DNA from: Chrysomallon squamiferum
Lineage: Eukaryota; Animalia; Mollusca
DNA length: 64,000 bases
Direction of reading: 5' to 3'
NCBI GenBank assembly: GCA_012295275.1
Contig: CM022674.1
Span: 16,616,001 to 16,680,000, forward strand
The translations under genes were made by a program, and so were the position numbers. The notes below the pieces were generated by a model, which did not search any database, had not been told where the DNA came from, and saw only the letters and a program-made list of their open reading frames with translations. Below are positions 45,628 to 59,257 of this stretch, piece after piece (within the stretch, counting starts at the first letter, position 1; the number at the start of each line of letters is the position of its first letter).

Positions 45628-46129
45628 CTGAAATAAAATATAACAGTGAATCAGTGATTTCTCTTAAATCTTCCACAGATGTGGTATTTTTATCATTAAA
45701 TCTGATTAGGTAAATATTAGGACTGTTTTTCAATTTTTTTTAAAAATACATTTAATATTGAATTAACAAAACATTGGTACATATTTAAATGCCTGAAAAT
45801 AACATTATAAATATAAAATAGACAATCGATATTTAAAAAATAATAAGTATAAAATAATTTTGCCACTTGCTTAAAAAAAACAGAAAAATACAGAAGTACA
45901 TAGGGGTAGTTACCATAAGCATAGAGTTATAGTCCTAGTTATTAAACATTCCAGAAAACTGAATGTGTCACGATTATATTGTTTATCGTTACATGGACTT
46001 AAAACCTATTCTCCCATATCAACCTAACACGAGAGTATTTATATCTCATGTAGCGATATACTATAGCGATACTGATAGCTAAGGGGTTTATGGTGTTCCT
46101 TTTTTTTGTTGCCGTTTCTTTCTTAAGAT

Positions 46130-46180
<51 letters not shown>

Positions 46181-46274
46181 TTGTATATAATGAATAATGC
46201 GTTTAATGATATATTCACTGTAAACAGCTTCTAGTTCCCCTTAAATGTTTGAACGATTTCTTCCGAGCAAGTGC

Positions 46275-46313
<39 letters not shown>

Positions 46314-47111
46314 TATGCGTGTGACAGGGCAGATTTTTCTTACCGTGATTTTATTGTCTGGTGAGATTAGTCAGCATAATAAATCAGAAGAACAGTTCAC
46401 CTGATCTGTTACAAGTTTCTGCTTTGTTTTGTTCTTGACGACTATTATCTGTTATTGCGACGCATTCTTCCGGAGAGTAAGGTTCCAAATCATGGAAAAC
46501 GAGTCCTAATTTCCGATTATGGCATTCGCGCTATCACACGAACTCGAAATAATTGTACATCATTCGTTAGATTAATTTATTATTTATATATTTATTTATT
46601 TATTTATTTGTTTTTTGTTTGTTTGTTTATTTGTTTGTTTGATTGTTTAGTGATGATACCATATAGCAAACGAGTGTACCGTTCAATAATACACATGGCG
46701 CGTTAATTATGTCAGAAAAGTATATTAGATAGATCAGTTCAAAATACTGAAACAACATCTGTGTAGCTCAGTTATTTCTTTCTTTCAGTTATAGCTACGG
46801 TTGTTGTTGTTGTTGTTGCTGCTGATGTTGTTGTTGTTGTAATTCTGTATGAAATACTGCTATAATGACCGTAAAAAAGGATAGTGAAGGAAATGACGTC
46901 TTATCAACTGAGCTAAAGTCGATCAGGTGTGTAGACACACGCCATGCTATATTTGTATTCGTTATGCCTGTGGCTTATCTTATGGTCCAGATATTAACTA
47001 ACTAAAACTAGGTCCTGGCAGGAGCTCTCAGGTGAACAAAACAATCTGCTGTTCCGTAATAAAATAATAATGATGATGATTGTCATGATGATGATCGTAA
47101 AAATATGGACA

Positions 47112-47173
<62 letters not shown>

Positions 47174-47984
47174 CAACAGCAACAACAACAATAATAATAA
47201 AACCAATAATTAAGAAAGAAAATTATCTGTGCATTTCAAAATTGTATAATGTTATATGTTTGTCTTTTTCTCCTTTCTTTGATCCAATGTTGTTATTCGC
47301 TCACTGTTTATATAATTATAGTACCTGATCTGTATAGGTTAGTATGGTCAATAGAATTATAAAACAAAGACGTTTTCTGAAGTATTCTTAATACATTAAT
47401 AGATTATTAATTTGTTCATTGAAGGGCTTTATCTTCGTATAAGGGAGGTAAGTCTCACAGACATATTTAGTCAAATAGCAAAGTTCTCGTTCTTGATGAG
47501 ATAAAAGTTATTAGTAGAAGAATATTGACAAATAATAATGATGATGATACAAATAATAACAACAATAATAACAAACATTATGAGTATTAAAACAAATTAA
47601 CTTATAAATCGGGTAAATTATATTAAATTTGTTATTAAATCTATAACACAGTCACAATCGAGTTTAAATAAAATAAATCATATCGCTTGGCTATTTTTCC
47701 TTTTATATATTCCATAACTTTGCTTTAGTTGTTTTATTTTTAAAATTATACAGCACTATACCAAGTGGGAAATATAGGCTCGATTGGAATAAACGATATA
47801 ATTAAGCAATTGTTGACGAATACATATGATCTATATTTTAACTGTACAAGTAAATGTCGTGTAAATTATGTACTTACAAGTAACACAAAGTAGTTTCAGT
47901 TATTTGCTTTTATTTATCTGTCTTTTTATCTGTATTATTTTTTAGGATAATTAATGTTGTTATTAGATATAGTGTAAACGTAAC

Positions 47985-48280
47985 GCTAACGAAGTCGTGA
48001 AACTCCTCTAATACTAACACTAGTATTAATCCTGATAGAAAAACTGTTTTGTAGATTATTATAAGATTCATAATAAACTTTAAATAACACTCAGCCTAAC
48101 CCTAACCCTAATCTTAGCTCAACTTCTAAACTTCATCCTACCGAAGTCCGTGGAATTAATTCTTATCCTAACACTACTTCCAGTCAGGAACCTCAAATTA
48201 TTTTGCACATTACCATAGCACTCATAATAAAACTTAAATAACCCTAATTCTAATCCTAACCCTAACCTTAACCATTAATA
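47985..48280. repeat. Degenerate (CCCTAA)n-containing repeat, homologous to 56330-57150
   Basis: AACGCTAACGAAGTCG..CTAACACTAGTA..CCTGATA and CCTAACCCTAAC blocks are shared. Confidence 0.75.
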
Positions 48281-50099
48281 TAAATTACTAATATAGCAAA
48301 ATATTTTTGTCATGATCATCATAGCAATAATAGCTTAAAGTATGGTCCAAATATAGTTATTAGTTTTAGGTAGGGAAAATGTGTTTTCAATGATCATACA
48401 ATCAGTATAATCTGTGAATAATAATATTGCACAATTCATACAAACTTACACAAGCAAATCACACTGAAAGCGCCTTCTGAGAGAAATAGACAAAACATTA
48501 ATTTTTCCTTTTTGAAAATATTTTGTTTTGCTTTTTCGTGACAACGAACCTATTACGATTTGTCTGAAATGAACTTTATTTACACTCAGGCTTTAGTCTA
48601 CGGCATACGAGGAGACATTCACAGACAATATAACATAATTATTACAGTTATAACAAGACGGAGGATTTACAGTCATGTAGATAGTAATAAAATATATACA
48701 ATATATCAACACATCAGCCAAAGGCTTTCATTTCCAGGTTTTATGGATTTATTAATTATGTAAGCTCTATGGCTCAATTTTACACCCAACCAATTTCGTT
48801 TATAACAGTGCCTCATGTTGTGGTTATTAGTTTGTAGAATATGTGTTTTATAGTGCTGATTTCATGGCTTTTAATTTAATAATGAAAAATTTGAAAATTT
48901 GAAAATTAATAATGATTTAAGTGTACGTTTAATATCTTTCTTCAGTTTGTATTTATTTCTTTTAATGACACTGGCAACAACACACACACAGAAACACAAA
49001 CACACAAATATACACACTGAACTTTCATACCTTGATCATTGACCACTGGTTTGAATGTGATGTGTATATCTAAATATACAAAAACTTGTCTCATATCTGT
49101 TATACCACAGCTGCTACACAATCACTATACTTATTGATAAAGCAAGCCCCTGTAACATTAGTGCAAAAATCACTTAAGATAATTTAATAATTCACGAAAA
49201 TATCTTCTAGTATACGCAAATAAAAATCTTAATTTTTATAAATTTTGTACCAGTTTACATACTCTCTTTACGTTATATCTGAGATGTATATTTTTAATCT
49301 AGTAACTATGTGTTAATATTAATTAACATACACGTATTTCTATGTTTTATAAACTTTGACATTTTATTTTTGGTAAGTGGCGTTCTAAAATATTTTATTA
49401 TGAAAAACAATCACAGCAAATTTTCATGTATGATTGTTATGCACTCAAGAAGTTTTTATTTTCATTTTCAGTAAATCATATTAATAAAATACTTTATTTG
49501 ATTGGTTGTGTATGTGACATGATAGTGGGATTATCGTTGAAGGCTTTTGTGTTGGGATTAATAACTGGGAAATTAATTAATTTTCTAGTATGAACAGTTA
49601 AACCTCTATCAGTTGCTTTGTTTAAACTTAAGTAAGTATTATAATGAAAACGGATCTCTGTCTCATTATTAACAGTTTAACTTAGTGAAGTCAACTACGT
49701 ATAAACAGATAAAAGATACACCTTCATTTCTCAACCATAAAAAGTCATGACAGAGTATGTTCATTTCTTCATAACGCAATTCATAAATTCTTCTCAATGG
49801 ATTTTTATACAAGAGTAAATTGTGTAATAACTAGGAAGAACATTGCATTCTGGGTAACTGGGATAAGAGACGGTTTCACTGATACCATACAAACTTACCG
49901 AGTTCTAACACATCAACCGTGGAGCACTAATTAGCATGGAAGAATAGCAATTACAACAGCGATATGGAGCTACAAAAAAGAATAAAATAAAAATAAATAT
50001 GGAGGCAAAACCCCTGCTAATAATCATCTTTTCTTGTTCCTTCATTATTTAGCAGGAAAGAGTCTCTTAGATATATACATATATATATTCTATATAATT

Positions 50100-50190
50100 T
50101 TAGCTGTCAATATAATAACACATTCACCTTTCTTCCTATTACTGTGCCCGTTTATTTATTCCACTTTAAAGTGTTTCAGTAGATAAGACT

Positions 50191-50227
<37 letters not shown>

Positions 50228-50599
50228 AGGCCTTCTTAATTTAATTTAAAAATACTTTACATATGAGAGAGTAAAAAGTAAATATTAAATATTTATTTCG
50301 TATCAGTTTTACTTTTGAAGTACAGTAGTTTTATACTTTTATTGAACATTATCGTTAATCCACCCATTATGTTTCTGACTTAAACCTGCAATCAGCTTTC
50401 AGAAACATGACACACTTACAAAATAGACTGACATTTTAACCGAGTCTCAGTGATAAAGTATTCAGATAAAACAGTGACCTAGAAAAAACTGTTATCAGAA
50501 CAATGTACATAAACAAGATTAAACTTGAGAGGTAGGCGTGTTAGGCACTTGAATTATATTCCGAATGTAGTTAAAAAAATTGTACCAGAAAATCAAATA

Positions 50600-50662
<63 letters not shown>

Positions 50663-51315
50663 AATAAATAAATAAATAAACAGTGTCTGCACGGAGTACT
50701 CTGAAATCTACACAAAGTAGCTCATTGCTGGGTGATTCACAGAGCGAGGAGGTGGCGAATAAGTTGTGTCACTTCTGCTGGTAAGGACAACTTACACTAT
50801 ATTGTTTTTTGTAGTTTCTGTTAGTTATATATTTCACAGTATACAATCAATTCGTATTTTTATTTTATTGTTTGAAATTGTATCAAGAGGCTGCAAACAT
50901 GCTAATTGTATTCTTTACCTCATGAAACACGATCATCTCGGCGTTTTATCGCTAAAGTGTCATGGCGGACCAAAATTCCTGTTATATGCCTTGTGTTTGA
51001 GTATGGATTTATTGGCTTATTCTTCTTAAATTACTTGCATCTTACATAAGAATGACAGAAAAAAGATTTCCCAAATGATTTTATGGTATTTATCATCCAT
51101 AACTGTGTCTCAAATGACGGATAATTTGCGATTTTAAGTAGAAATAGCGTTATTCATGTCACAGCAAGTTGTACATACAGCAAGAGAGGCAGACATTGTT
51201 TATTTAGTTGTTTAATTTGTTTTCACAGGTCACATTACGTTTAAAATATGCTTCCTAACAACTTTACTAGATAAATACTTAATCATAAACACATTATTGT
51301 TAGCATTATTATGAC

Positions 51316-51370
<55 letters not shown>

Positions 51371-53796
51371 TATACTGGGAGGGCATTTGTCCGTATTCAG
51401 TTGCTATTTCGTTCAGTGTTATATTTTTCTATTCTTTTTTATTTATTATTTATATATTTCTTTTACTTTTATTTTTCAGTTAATTTCGTGGTAGTTTTGC
51501 CTAAAATATCTGTTTTTGATTTAATTTTAACAGTCAGTATAATAACAGATTTTATTACATAAGCCTACTTTATTTAATTATAACAAACGTTACAGATGAG
51601 AGAAGTAAAAGTAATTTGAAGTATTTATTCTTCAGATATATTTTGTGGGAGTCTTGCTTAAAATGTATTTTTTAATTTAATTTTAACAGTCAATATAATA
51701 ACACATTTAACCTTGTTCCTACTACTGTATCCGTTTGTTTTTTCCACCTCAAAGTGTTTCAGTAGATTATACATCAAATGTTTCTTTTTTTTTCTTAGGC
51801 CTACTTAATTTATTTAGAAATCCCTTACGCATGAGAGAAGTAAAAGTAAATTTAAAATATTTATTTCATATCAGTTTTAATTTTGAAATACAGTACTATT
51901 ATAATTTTACTCAACATTGTTGATAATCCACCGAATATCTTTCTGACTCTAATCTGTAATCAGGTTTCAGAAAAATGACACCACTTAGAAAACTGACAGA
52001 TATTTTTACCAAGTTACAGTGATAATGTATTCAGCTAAACCAGTGACCTAGAAGTCACTGCCCTTAGTACATGAACAAGCTTAAACTTGAAACAATGGCG
52101 TGCTAGTGACGTCTTTTATTCCGAATATACGTATCCAAATTTAACAACATCAAAATAATAATAATAATAATAATAATAATCATAAATTAATTAATTAATT
52201 AATGAACAATGTATGTCGGAGTACTCTGAAAGCTAACCAAGGTAGTTTCTTGCTTGGTGATTCACAGAGCGAGGCGACGAATAAAAATTTGGGTCACTAC
52301 TTTTTGTTGTTTTTGCTGGTTGTTTATTTATTTCCCAGTATAAAATCAAATTTTCTTTTCCATCTGATTGTGTATGAAATTTTATCAAGATGCTGCAATC
52401 ATGTTCATTGTATTCTTTACCTCGTGAAAGACGGTTATCTCGGCCTTGTATCGCTGAAGTGTCATGGCGGACCAAACCTCCTATTATATGACTTGTGTTT
52501 GAGGACACATTATACTGGCTTATTCTTCTTATATTACTTACATCTTACAGAAAAATCATAGGAAAAAGATGTCCTAAATGATTTAATGGTATTTGTCATC
52601 CATAATTGTGTCTCGAATGTCGGATGATTTGCGATTTTAAGTAACAGTAGCATTATTCATTCCACAGTATGTTGTACATACAGCAACACAGACAACAATT
52701 CTTTATATAGTTGTTTGGTTTGTTTTCACAATTCACATTACGTTTAGAAAAATATTTCGTAACAACTTTACTAGATAAATATTTTATCATGCACACAGTA
52801 TTATTATTATTATTATTTAGACTCTGAGGGTATTTGCGTAGTACCAGTCTCTATTTCTTTCTTGCTTTTAATTTTTTAAATATTTTTTATTTATTTATTG
52901 TTTATTTATTTAATTTACTTTTGTTCTTCAGTTAATTTTTCTGGGAGTTTTGCTTGAAATTTTTATTATTTTTTTTTAATTTAATTTTAACACTCAATAT
53001 AATAACATATTTAATTATCTCCCTACAACTCTGCCCGTTTGTTTATTCCACCTTAAAGTGTTTCAGTAGATTAGACGTCAAATGTTTATTTTATTACTTA
53101 GGCCTACTTAATTTTATTAAAAAAGCCTTACATATGAGAGAAGTAAAACTAAATTTAGGATATTTATTTCATATCAGTTTTACTTTTGAAGTACAGTACA
53201 ATTATAATTGTATTCAACATTGTTGATAATACACCCAATATTTGTCTGACTTGAACATGAAATCAGCTTTAAGAAACGTAACTGACTTAGAAAATAGACT
53301 GATATTTTCGCCAAGTTACAATGATAATGTATTCAGCTAAAGCAGTGGCCTAGAAAAAAACTGCTCTTAGTACATAAATAATACTGTGCCCGTTTGTTTA
53401 TTCCACCTAAAAGTGTTTCAGTAGATTAGATGTCACATTATTATTTTCTTACGTAGGCCTACTTTATTTAATTAAAAAAATCTTACACAAGAGAGAAGTG
53501 AAAGTAAATTTAAAATATTTATTTCACATCAGTTTTACTTTTGAAGTACACTACAGTTATAATTGTATTCAACATTGTTTATAATCCATCGAATATCTTT
53601 CTGTCTTGAACCTGAAATCAGCTTTCAGAAAATTGACTGTCATTTTCGCCAAGTTACAATGATAATGTATTCAACTGAACCTGTGGCGAACAACAAACTG
53701 CTCTTAGTACATGAACAAGACTAAACTTGAGAGAATGGCGTATTAGTCGTGTTACTTTTATTCAGAATATAGGTAAAAAAGTGTACCAGAAACAAC

Positions 53797-53883
<87 letters not shown>

Positions 53884-54561
53884 AGAGTGTGTCGGAGTAC
53901 TCTGAAAACTAAACAACATAGTTTCTTGCTTGGTGATTCACAGGGCGACGACATGGCGGAACATTTGGGTCACTACTGCTGTTAACGAAAACTTACGCTA
54001 TGTTGTTTTTCAATAGTTTCTGATGGTTCGTTGTTTATTTCACAGATTAAAAACAATTCGTATTTTTACCTTATTGTGTGAAATTTTATCAAGATGCTGC
54101 AAACATGCTAATTGTATTCTTTACCTCGTGAAAAACGGTCACCTCGGCGATGTATCGCTAAAGTGTCAAGGCGGACCAAAATTCCTGTAATATAACTTAC
54201 GTTTTAGTATGGATTATATTGGCTTATTCTTCTAAAATTCCTTACATCTTACATACGAATCACAGAAAAAACATTTCCGAAATGACTTAATGGTATTTAT
54301 CATCCATAATTGTGTCTCGAATGGCGGATGATTTGCGATTTTAAGTAGCAGTAGCATTATTCATGTTACAGCATGTTGTACATACAGCAAGACAGACAAA
54401 CAACATTCTTTATTTAGTTGTTTAATTTGTTTTCACAGCTCACATTACCGTTTAGAAATGTTTCATAACAGCTTTACATGATAAATACGTAATCATACAC
54501 ACATTATTGGTATTATTGTTGTTGTTTTGTCGTTGTTGTTGTTGTTGTTCTTCTTCTTCTT

Positions 54562-54592
<31 letters not shown>

Positions 54593-55270
54593 TTATTATT
54601 ATTATCATCATTATTATTACTATTATTTTGACTGGGATGGCATTTGTCCGTATCCGGTTTCTATTTCTTTCTTTGTTTTATGTTATTTTATTTTTTTATT
54701 ATTTATTTTATTTTATATTTTACTTTTATTCTTGAATTAATTTTGTGGGAGATTTGCCTAAAATGTCTCTTGGTTTTAATTTAATTATAACAGTGAATAT
54801 AATAGCAAATTTACTTTTCTTCCTAGTACTGTGCTCGTTTATTTATTCCATCTTAAGGTGTTTCAGTAGATTAGATGTCAATTTTTTAATTTTATTACTT
54901 AGGCCTACTTAATTTAATTTAAAAAAACAACAAAAAAACTACCTTAGGCATGAGAGAAGTGAAAGGAAATTTAAAAATGTTTATTTCATATCAGTTTTAA
55001 TTTTGAAATACAGTACTAGTATAATTTTATTCAACATTGTTGATAATCCACCGAATATCTTTATGAGTTTAACCTGATATCAGCTTTCAGAAACGACATT
55101 TTCGCCATGTTACTTTGATAATGTATTCAGCTAAACCAGTGAGCTACAACAAACTGCCCTTAGTACATAAACATTGTTAAACTTGAGACAATGGCATGTT
55201 AGTGACGTGAATTTTATTCCCAATATACGTATACAAATTTAACAGAACATCAAGATAATAATAATAATAA

Positions 55271-55337
<67 letters not shown>

Positions 55338-57459
55338 AATGAATAAATAAATAAACAGTGTCTGCCCGGACTACTCTGAGAACTAAACAAAGTAGCTGAT
55401 TGTGGGTGATTGACAGAGCGAGGAGATGGCAAAGATTTGGTTTACTAATTGTATTCTTTACCTCGTTAAACACGGTAATCTCGGCGATGTATCGCTAAAG
55501 TGTCATGGCGGACCAACATTCGTGTTATATGACTTGGTTTTTTCTTGTTAAATTACTTACATCTTATAACTAATGATAGAAAAAGATGCCCCAAATGATC
55601 TAATGGTATTTATCATCCATAATTGTTTGTCACATGTCGGATGATTTGCGATTTTAAGTAGTAGTAGCATTATTCATGTCACAGCATGTTGTACATACAG
55701 CAAGAGAGGCAAACATTGTTTATTTCGTTGTTTAATTCGTTTTCACAGCTCACATTACGTTTAAAACATGTTTCCTAACAACTTTACAAGACAAATACGT
55801 AATCATACACACATTATTATTATTATTATTATTATTATTGTTATTATTATTATTGTTATTATTATTTTGACAGAGATGACATTTGTCCGTATCCAGTTTC
55901 TGTTTCTTTCTTTGTTTTATTTATTATATATTTTTTTATTTTACTTTTAGCCACGTTACTTCGGCAATGTATTCAGCTAAACCAGTGAGCTAGAACAATT
56001 TTTTTATTTATGTGTATTTTAAATTAAAGGTAATTTGTTATTATTAATACCATTTAACATTATGATATTGATAACAATAACTGTTTTACATTTTCGTATT
56101 GATAATAATTATGATGTAATAATTATTCTACATTTTAAATCAAATGAAATTTATTATTATAATTAGTACTTCATATTTGGTTATTAATACTAATTATCTT
56201 TAAGGATTATTAATTTGCATTTAAATGTTTGTGATTAGTTATGAGCGAAATTAACTTCTACATTTAATGGGAGAGTGTGCCCAGCACAGACATGATTAAA
56301 CATTCAGAATGTACAAGCATTACAAACTGTTTTTTCGTTATCTTTTTAATAATTTGTATCCCTAACATAATTCAAACTCTATTCCTAACACTTAGCCTAA
56401 TCCTAATGAAGAGGTTAAACTTATTTCTAATGCTAACATTAGTACAAACCCTGATAATAAAACGTTTGCAGATTATGATCAGCCTCCTAATAAACTTTAA
56501 ATAATTCTCGCACTAACTGTAACCCTAACCCTAACCCTAGCTCAACTTATAAACCTAATCCTACCCAAGTCCCCAACATTAATTATTGCCCTATCGCTAT
56601 TTCCAATCATGACCCTCAAATCCTTTTGTATACTATCTTAACACTCATAATAAAATTTAAAAACACTAACTCTAACCGTAACCGTAAACCTAACCCTAGC
56701 TCAACATCTATACCTGAACCTACCAATGTCACTTAAATAATTTTGCACATTACCATAACACTCAGAATAACATTTAAATAACCCAAGCTGTAATCCTAGC
56801 CCTAACTCTAACCCTAAATCTAACCATCACCCTAACGCTAACCCTAAGCCTAACCATAACTCAACTTCTGAACATAATCCTACTCATGTCCCCAACATTC
56901 ATTCTTACACAAAGGCTAGTTCCAGTCGTGACCCTCAAATTATATTGCAGATTATGATAACACTCATAATAAAATTTAAATAACCCTAACTCTGACCCTA
57001 ACTCTAACCCTAACCTCAACCCTAACCCTAACCCAGATTCTATCGTTAACTCTGAACCTAACGCTAACGAAGTCGTTAAACTTAAGTCTAATGCTAACAC
57101 TAGTACTAACCCTGATAGTAAAAGTGTTTTGCAGATTATCATACGATTCATATTTTGCACATCAGTTTTATTTTTGAAGTACAGTCGTATTATAATTTTG
57201 TTCAACATTGTTGATAATCCACCTAATATCTTTCTGACTTTAACCTGAAATCAGGTTTCAGAAACGTGACGCACTTAGAAAATAGACTGACATTTTCGCC
57301 AAGTTACAATGATAATGGATTCAGGTAAACCAGTGAGCGAGAACAAACAGCCCTTACTACATAAAGAAGATTGAACTTGAGAGAATGGCGTGTTTATCAC
57401 ATGACTTTTATTCCAATATAGGTAAAAATTGTAGTAGAAACAACAACAACAACAACAAC

Positions 57460-57525
<66 letters not shown>

Positions 57526-58568
57526 AATAAATAAATAAACAGTGTATGCCCGGACTAGTCTGAAAGCTAAACAAAGTATTTTCTTGCTGGGTGATGCACA
57601 GAGCGAGAAGATGGCAAAAATTTGGGTTACAATTACTCGTAAGGAAAACTTATACTATATTGTTTTTTGTAGTTTCTTTTTCTTGTTATTTATTTCACAG
57701 CATAAAAGCTATTCGTCTTTGTGTCTTATTGTGCTTGAACTTTTTTTTGAAGATGGTGCAAACATAAGGTCATTTCGGCGTGGTATCGCTAAAGTGTTAT
57801 GGCGGACCAAGATTCCTGTTACATGACTTATGTTTGAGGATTAATTATTTTGGCTTATTCTTCTTGAATTACTTACATCTTATAACTAATGATAGAAAAA
57901 GATGTCCGAAATGATTTAAACGTATTTATCATCCATAATTGTGTGTCGAATGTCGGATGATTTGTGATTTTAAGAAGTAGCAGCATAATTCATGTTACAG
58001 CATGTTGTACATACAGCAAGACAGAAAACAATTCTTTATTTAGTTGTTTGATTTGTTTTGACAGCTCACATTACGTTTAAAACAGATTTTTCCTAACAAC
58101 TTTACAAGATAAATACTTAATCATACACACAGTATTATTATTATTATTATTATTACTATTTTTACTGGTAGGGCATTTGTCCGCATCCAGTTTCTCTTTC
58201 GTTCTTTGTTTGTTTATTTATTATTTCATTATTTATATTACTTTTGTTCATCAGTTTTTGTGGCAGTTTTGATTAAAACATTTTTTTAAATTTAATTTTA
58301 ACAGTCAATATAATAACAGGGTTATTCTCTTCCTACGACTGTGCCCGTTTGTTTATTCCACCTTAAAGTGTTTCAGTAGATTAGACGTCAAATTTTTATC
58401 TTATTGCTCGTCCCAAATGATTTAACGGTATTCGTCATCCATAACTGTGTGTCGGATGACGTATTGTTTGGGATTATAAGTAGTAGTAGCATTGTTCATG
58501 TTCCAGGATGTTGTACATACAGCAAGACAGACAGACAGACATTGTTTATTTAGTTGTTTAAAAGCATA
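50100..58568. repeat. Tandem macrosatellite, ~1.3-1.6 kb unit, ~5 long plus 2 partial diverged copies, running into the gap
   Basis: Anchor ACTGTGCCCGTTTGTTTATTCCACCTTAAAGTGTTTCAGTAGAT (with variants) recurs at ~50141, 51724, 53029, 53382, 54828 and 58338. Anchor ATCGCTAAAGTGTCATGGCGGACCAA recurs at ~50948, 52450, 54154, 55491 and 57785. Confidence 0.92.
56330..57150. repeat. Telomere-like (CCCTAA)-rich satellite element inserted in the macrosatellite
   Basis: Several sub-units carrying AACCCTAACCCT runs and CACTCATAATAAAATTTAAA blocks. Confidence 0.8.
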
Positions 58569-58768
58569 NNNNNNNNNNNNNNNNNNNNNNNNNNNNNNNN
58601 NNNNNNNNNNNNNNNNNNNNNNNNNNNNNNNNNNNNNNNNNNNNNNNNNNNNNNNNNNNNNNNNNNNNNNNNNNNNNNNNNNNNNNNNNNNNNNNNNNNN
58701 NNNNNNNNNNNNNNNNNNNNNNNNNNNNNNNNNNNNNNNNNNNNNNNNNNNNNNNNNNNNNNNNNNNN
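58569..58768. other. Assembly gap (200 N)
   Basis: Run of N. Confidence 1.
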
Positions 58769-59182
58769 ACACTCACATATTAACGTAATAACTTGATTCT
58801 CCCGACTTTAATTGTCTTAACTGACGTTTCCACAGAAACGTAAATAATTTAGTTCCGCTTCTATTTTTTCATATTATTACGAGACATATTCTGCATATAA
58901 ATAATGAACTCAAACTGTTCTCTTGTTGATGTTATTTATCTTGTGTCTATATATATATATATTACTGTCACAGTTTAAAATTTGCCAATCATTGTCATAG
59001 TCTTATAATCCCCTAGTCATGATAACGACCACACACACACACACACTATATATATACACACACACATACTGTGAACAGACTACACACATAAAGTACACAT
59101 ATAAGAGCTAGCCTGGGATCCTGTCTCAAAACATCAGCTATTATATTAGAGATTTGCGTATTATTATATATTATTATATATT

Positions 59183-59257
<75 letters not shown>

